Shown here piece after piece: positions 22,995 to 25,299 of a DNA stretch of 25,299 nt (position 1 is its first letter; every line of letters begins with the position of its first letter). Both the position numbers and the translations under genes were made by a program. The stretch covers positions 1-25,299 of the IMG/VR virus record IMGVR_UViG_3300020043_002358. One strand, 5' to 3'. The notes beneath the pieces were generated by a model that searched no databases, was not told the origin of the DNA, and saw only the letters and a list, made by a program, of their open reading frames with translations. Origin of the DNA: a virus. Lineage: Duplodnaviria > Caudoviricetes.

Positions 22995-24179
22995 CTAGGC
23001 GATTGATGAACCTGATTCGATACGGAACAGGGCATCTTCACGGTAACGCTTGAAACCAAGCACACCGTACCAGCCGATAGGTCGGAGACGCATCAACTTG
23101 TCAGTCACAGGGCCGATAACTACATGTGGCTCTTCAGCAACTGCTTCAGCCAATGCTTGCTGACCTGCAACGATTGTGCGGTATACCTTGGTCTTCTTCT
23201 GTGCAGCGAGGGTACCTGTTACGGTTCCTGTCACGGAAGTTACGAAGGTGTAGGTGTTTGCACCAGTAACGGTGATTTCCCATGTGGCGTTCAAGCCAGC
23301 AGGGGTTGCACCTGAGATGGCAATGAAATCGCCAGTCTTGTAACCATGTGTTGATTCGGTAACAGTAGCAACGCCACCGCTGATAACGATACCCGATGGG
23401 GCACCTGCTGAACCAACGTTAGCACCATCACCGAAAGCATAAAGACGGTTGGACTCTACGAAGTATGCACCTTCGAACTGTCCGATTTCGCCTGCCCAGA
23501 TTTCCTGGTTGCTTTGATATTCGTGTGGGTTACGCCATGAAGCAGCACCTGTTTCGGCACGAAGGTCATGTGCAACTTCTGGGTGGATACCAACCCAGTA
23601 GAGTGAACCCTTGCGTGGGACAGCGTTCTGACCACGAAGTTTAGCAACTGCGAAACGAATATCTGCAGCCTTCATCGTGTCTGTTTCTTCAACAGTAGCA
23701 GTGCTAGTTGGGGTATCAGATGTGTCACGTGAGAAACGGACATTGGTACCACCACGAAGTTCCGTCATAACCAACTTGTCAATGCTGTCAGCCATGTTGT
23801 AAGCAACAATGTTAGCAACAGCAGGGTCAACGTCAGCAAGGCTGAACAGTTGGAGTTTACGGGTCGTAACAACAGCATTACCATATTCGTTGAGGGTAAC
23901 AACAACCTGATTAGGTGTAGCAAGTGCTACAGCATCTGGGTCAACTGTTTCGCTCAATGAAGAGGTAGCAGCAGACAAATCATTGTACAACTGCAAAGCA
24001 ATGCTGGAACCAGGAAGAGTTCCTGGTGAAGGTCGCTTGTCTGCAACAGAACGGAGCAGAGGTTGTGACCGTAGAGCAAATTCGACAAGGCGGTCATAAG
24101 CCTTTTGAACTAGACCAGCCGAGCCAACGGTACCACCGAGAGAGGTGGAACCAGTCGAGGTATAGGCATCAGTTGCCAT
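22995..24179 (-). CDS. Major capsid protein (N4-gp56-like, HK97 fold) with inserted beta domain
   Basis: AYDRLVEFALR...LNEYGN...IHPEVAHDL...GEIGQFEG..FVES...DKLMR...GWY; AAGGA SD; follows scaffold. Confidence 0.9.
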   Translation of the reverse strand: MATDAYTSTGSTSLGGTVGSAGLVQKAYDRLVEFALRSQPLLRSVADKRPSPGTLPGSSIALQLYNDLSAATSSLSETVDPDAVALATPNQVVVTLNEYGNAVVTTRKLQLFSLADVDPAVANIVAYNMADSIDKLVMTELRGGTNVRFSRDTSDTPTSTATVEETDTMKAADIRFAVAKLRGQNAVPRKGSLYWVGIHPEVAHDLRAETGAASWRNPHEYQSNQEIWAGEIGQFEGAYFVESNRLYAFGDGANVGSAGAPSGIVISGGVATVTESTHGYKTGDFIAISGATPAGLNATWEITVTGANTYTFVTSVTGTVTGTLAAQKKTKVYRTIVAGQQALAEAVAEEPHVVIGPVTDKLMRLRPIGWYGVLGFKRYREDALFRIESGSSIA

Positions 24180-24219
24180 TACATCTTCCTTACGTTAGAA
24201 ATGGACATTATTATTTTTG

Positions 24220-24708
24220 TTAATTCGACCCATGAATCATGTTAATGATTTCATCAGCCGAATCAGCCTGGTCAAGACGGAGAAGCAAATTCTCAATCTT
24301 GTCAGGTGTAACTGCACCCTGTGTCACAGCATCAATCTGCCGTAACGTTGCAAGGTCAGGTGCGGATTTCTGTTCCTGTACCACTTGTTGGATACCGAAC
24401 ACATCACCGTATTCACCAATCCACTGGTTGATAGCATCCTCGTCAGGACTAATATCCGCAGGGATAAACTTTGCAACCTTTGGGTTCAGTCCTTTACTTT
24501 CAAGAACTGACTTGATAACGTTCTCACGCTGTGCAGAACGAAGCGAAAGCAACTCGGACTCTAGGTCCTTAGCCCTCTTATCTGCTGCACGTTGTGCTTT
24601 ACGAAGTTGACGAACTAAATCATTATTGTTCTCAGCCCTACGTGGCTGTTCCGATTCGTCTTCGAAATCGAAATCGTCATCTTCATATTCTTGATAGTTG
24701 TTGCTCAT
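24220..24708 (-). CDS. Capsid scaffolding protein
   Basis: Acidic N-terminus, coiled coil, immediately upstream of the capsid gene. Confidence 0.75.
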   Translation of the reverse strand: MSNNYQEYEDDDFDFEDESEQPRRAENNNDLVRQLRKAQRAADKRAKDLESELLSLRSAQRENVIKSVLESKGLNPKVAKFIPADISPDEDAINQWIGEYGDVFGIQQVVQEQKSAPDLATLRQIDAVTQGAVTPDKIENLLLRLDQADSADEIINMIHGSN

Positions 24709-24743
24709 CGCAACTCACCCTTCTTTCTTTTCTAATTGAAAAC

Positions 24744-24831
24744 GTAGACCACACAACAAATCGGGGAAAAATGTTGCGGCTTCTACTACCAGTTGCTTAT
24801 ACACCTGTAGGGGCTGGTCGGTCCTACTAGG
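24744..24831 (-). ncRNA. Structured cis-RNA (pseudoknot plus hairpin) upstream of scaffold and capsid genes
   Basis: GUAGG/CCUAC stem whose loop ACCAG pairs with downstream CUGGU; second stem GUAGA..CCGCAACA / UGUUGUGUGG-UCUAC. Confidence 0.55.
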
Positions 24832-24836
24832 GATTC

Positions 24837-25298
24837 TTAAAACGCACCAGAGGTGCTACCACCAAGGGAAACTTGGCTTGTTCCAGACCTACCAGCAAAG
24901 TAAGCCTGTTCACGTGCCGCTAACTGTGCACGTCTCTTAGATTTCAAACCGAGAAGAGATTCTTTCTCCAACTCTGTTTGAATCGTTTGAGCATCCTCAC
25001 GTGCACGACTTGCTGCAGCCTCAGCCAAAGGTGTCTGAGCCTTAACCTCTTGATAACCTTGACGGGCCTGTTCACGGGAAACACCCTGTGCAAACAAGTC
25101 CTCAGCAGACAATCTACCTGTGAGACCTGCAGTGGCAGACTCGGCACGGATACCTGAAATACCAATCTTCTTCTGAAGTTCAGCAACAGTCTGACCTACA
25201 CCCAAGATACTTGCAACAATATCTTTATCGGTTAACGATGGGAAGTAGGTTTTCAGTTGTGTCTTCAAAGCCTCATCAGCATACTTGACAGCATTAAA
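24837..25298 (-). CDS. 5'-truncated helical protein (possible internal virion protein)
   Basis: Frame stays open to the window edge (FNAVKYADEALKTQL...), so the TTG start in the ORF track is not the true start. Confidence 0.7.
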   Translation of the reverse strand, partial: FNAVKYADEALKTQLKTYFPSLTDKDIVASILGVGQTVAELQKKIGISGIRAESATAGLTGRLSAEDLFAQGVSREQARQGYQEVKAQTPLAEAAASRAREDAQTIQTELEKESLLGLKSKRRAQLAAREQAYFAGRSGTSQVSLGGSTSGAF

Positions 25299-25299
25299 T

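Noticed and set aside
13870-24830. Plus-strand ORFs across the right arm (e.g. 14153..14641, 16867..17385)
   Set aside because: Antisense shadows of structural genes.
1-25299. Prophage boundary, integrase or diversity-generating retroelement
   Set aside because: No host genes, integrase, reverse transcriptase or template/variable repeat pair seen in this window.

Overview
This is a 25.3 kb segment of a tailed dsDNA phage, most likely of a low-GC actinobacterium (WhiB gene, mycobacteriophage-like replication genes, podovirus-like virion genes). Two arms converge on a bidirectional terminator at ~12.9 kb. The + arm (1-12880) starts with about 20 tiny, translationally coupled early-type genes (many Cys-rich), an XRE HTH gene and whiB. 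It then has a structured intergenic region (4135-4370) and a replication/recombination operon: split Cas4/AddB-like nuclease, DnaB/RecA-fold helicase, transglycosylase-like protein, DNA methyltransferase, resolvase, split primase, phosphoesterase and sigma factor. The - arm (12967-25299) carries scaffold, major capsid, a collagen-like fibre next to a GT2-TPR glycosyltransferase, small basic proteins, tail proteins and the lysis cassette. Headline observation: a candidate two-hairpin small RNA at 4248-4335, directly behind an extended -10 promoter, shows UUGUCUCC in both loops. This is the complement of an extended ribosome-binding motif (GGAGACAA) in front of 12 of the phage's own genes. Six copies are exact and six are variants that still pair through a G.U wobble; the best match (14/15 nt) is the whiB RBS. 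This suggests a phage-encoded, multi-target anti-Shine-Dalgarno RNA regulon. All family assignments are from motif recognition by eye; no searches or folding programs were run.
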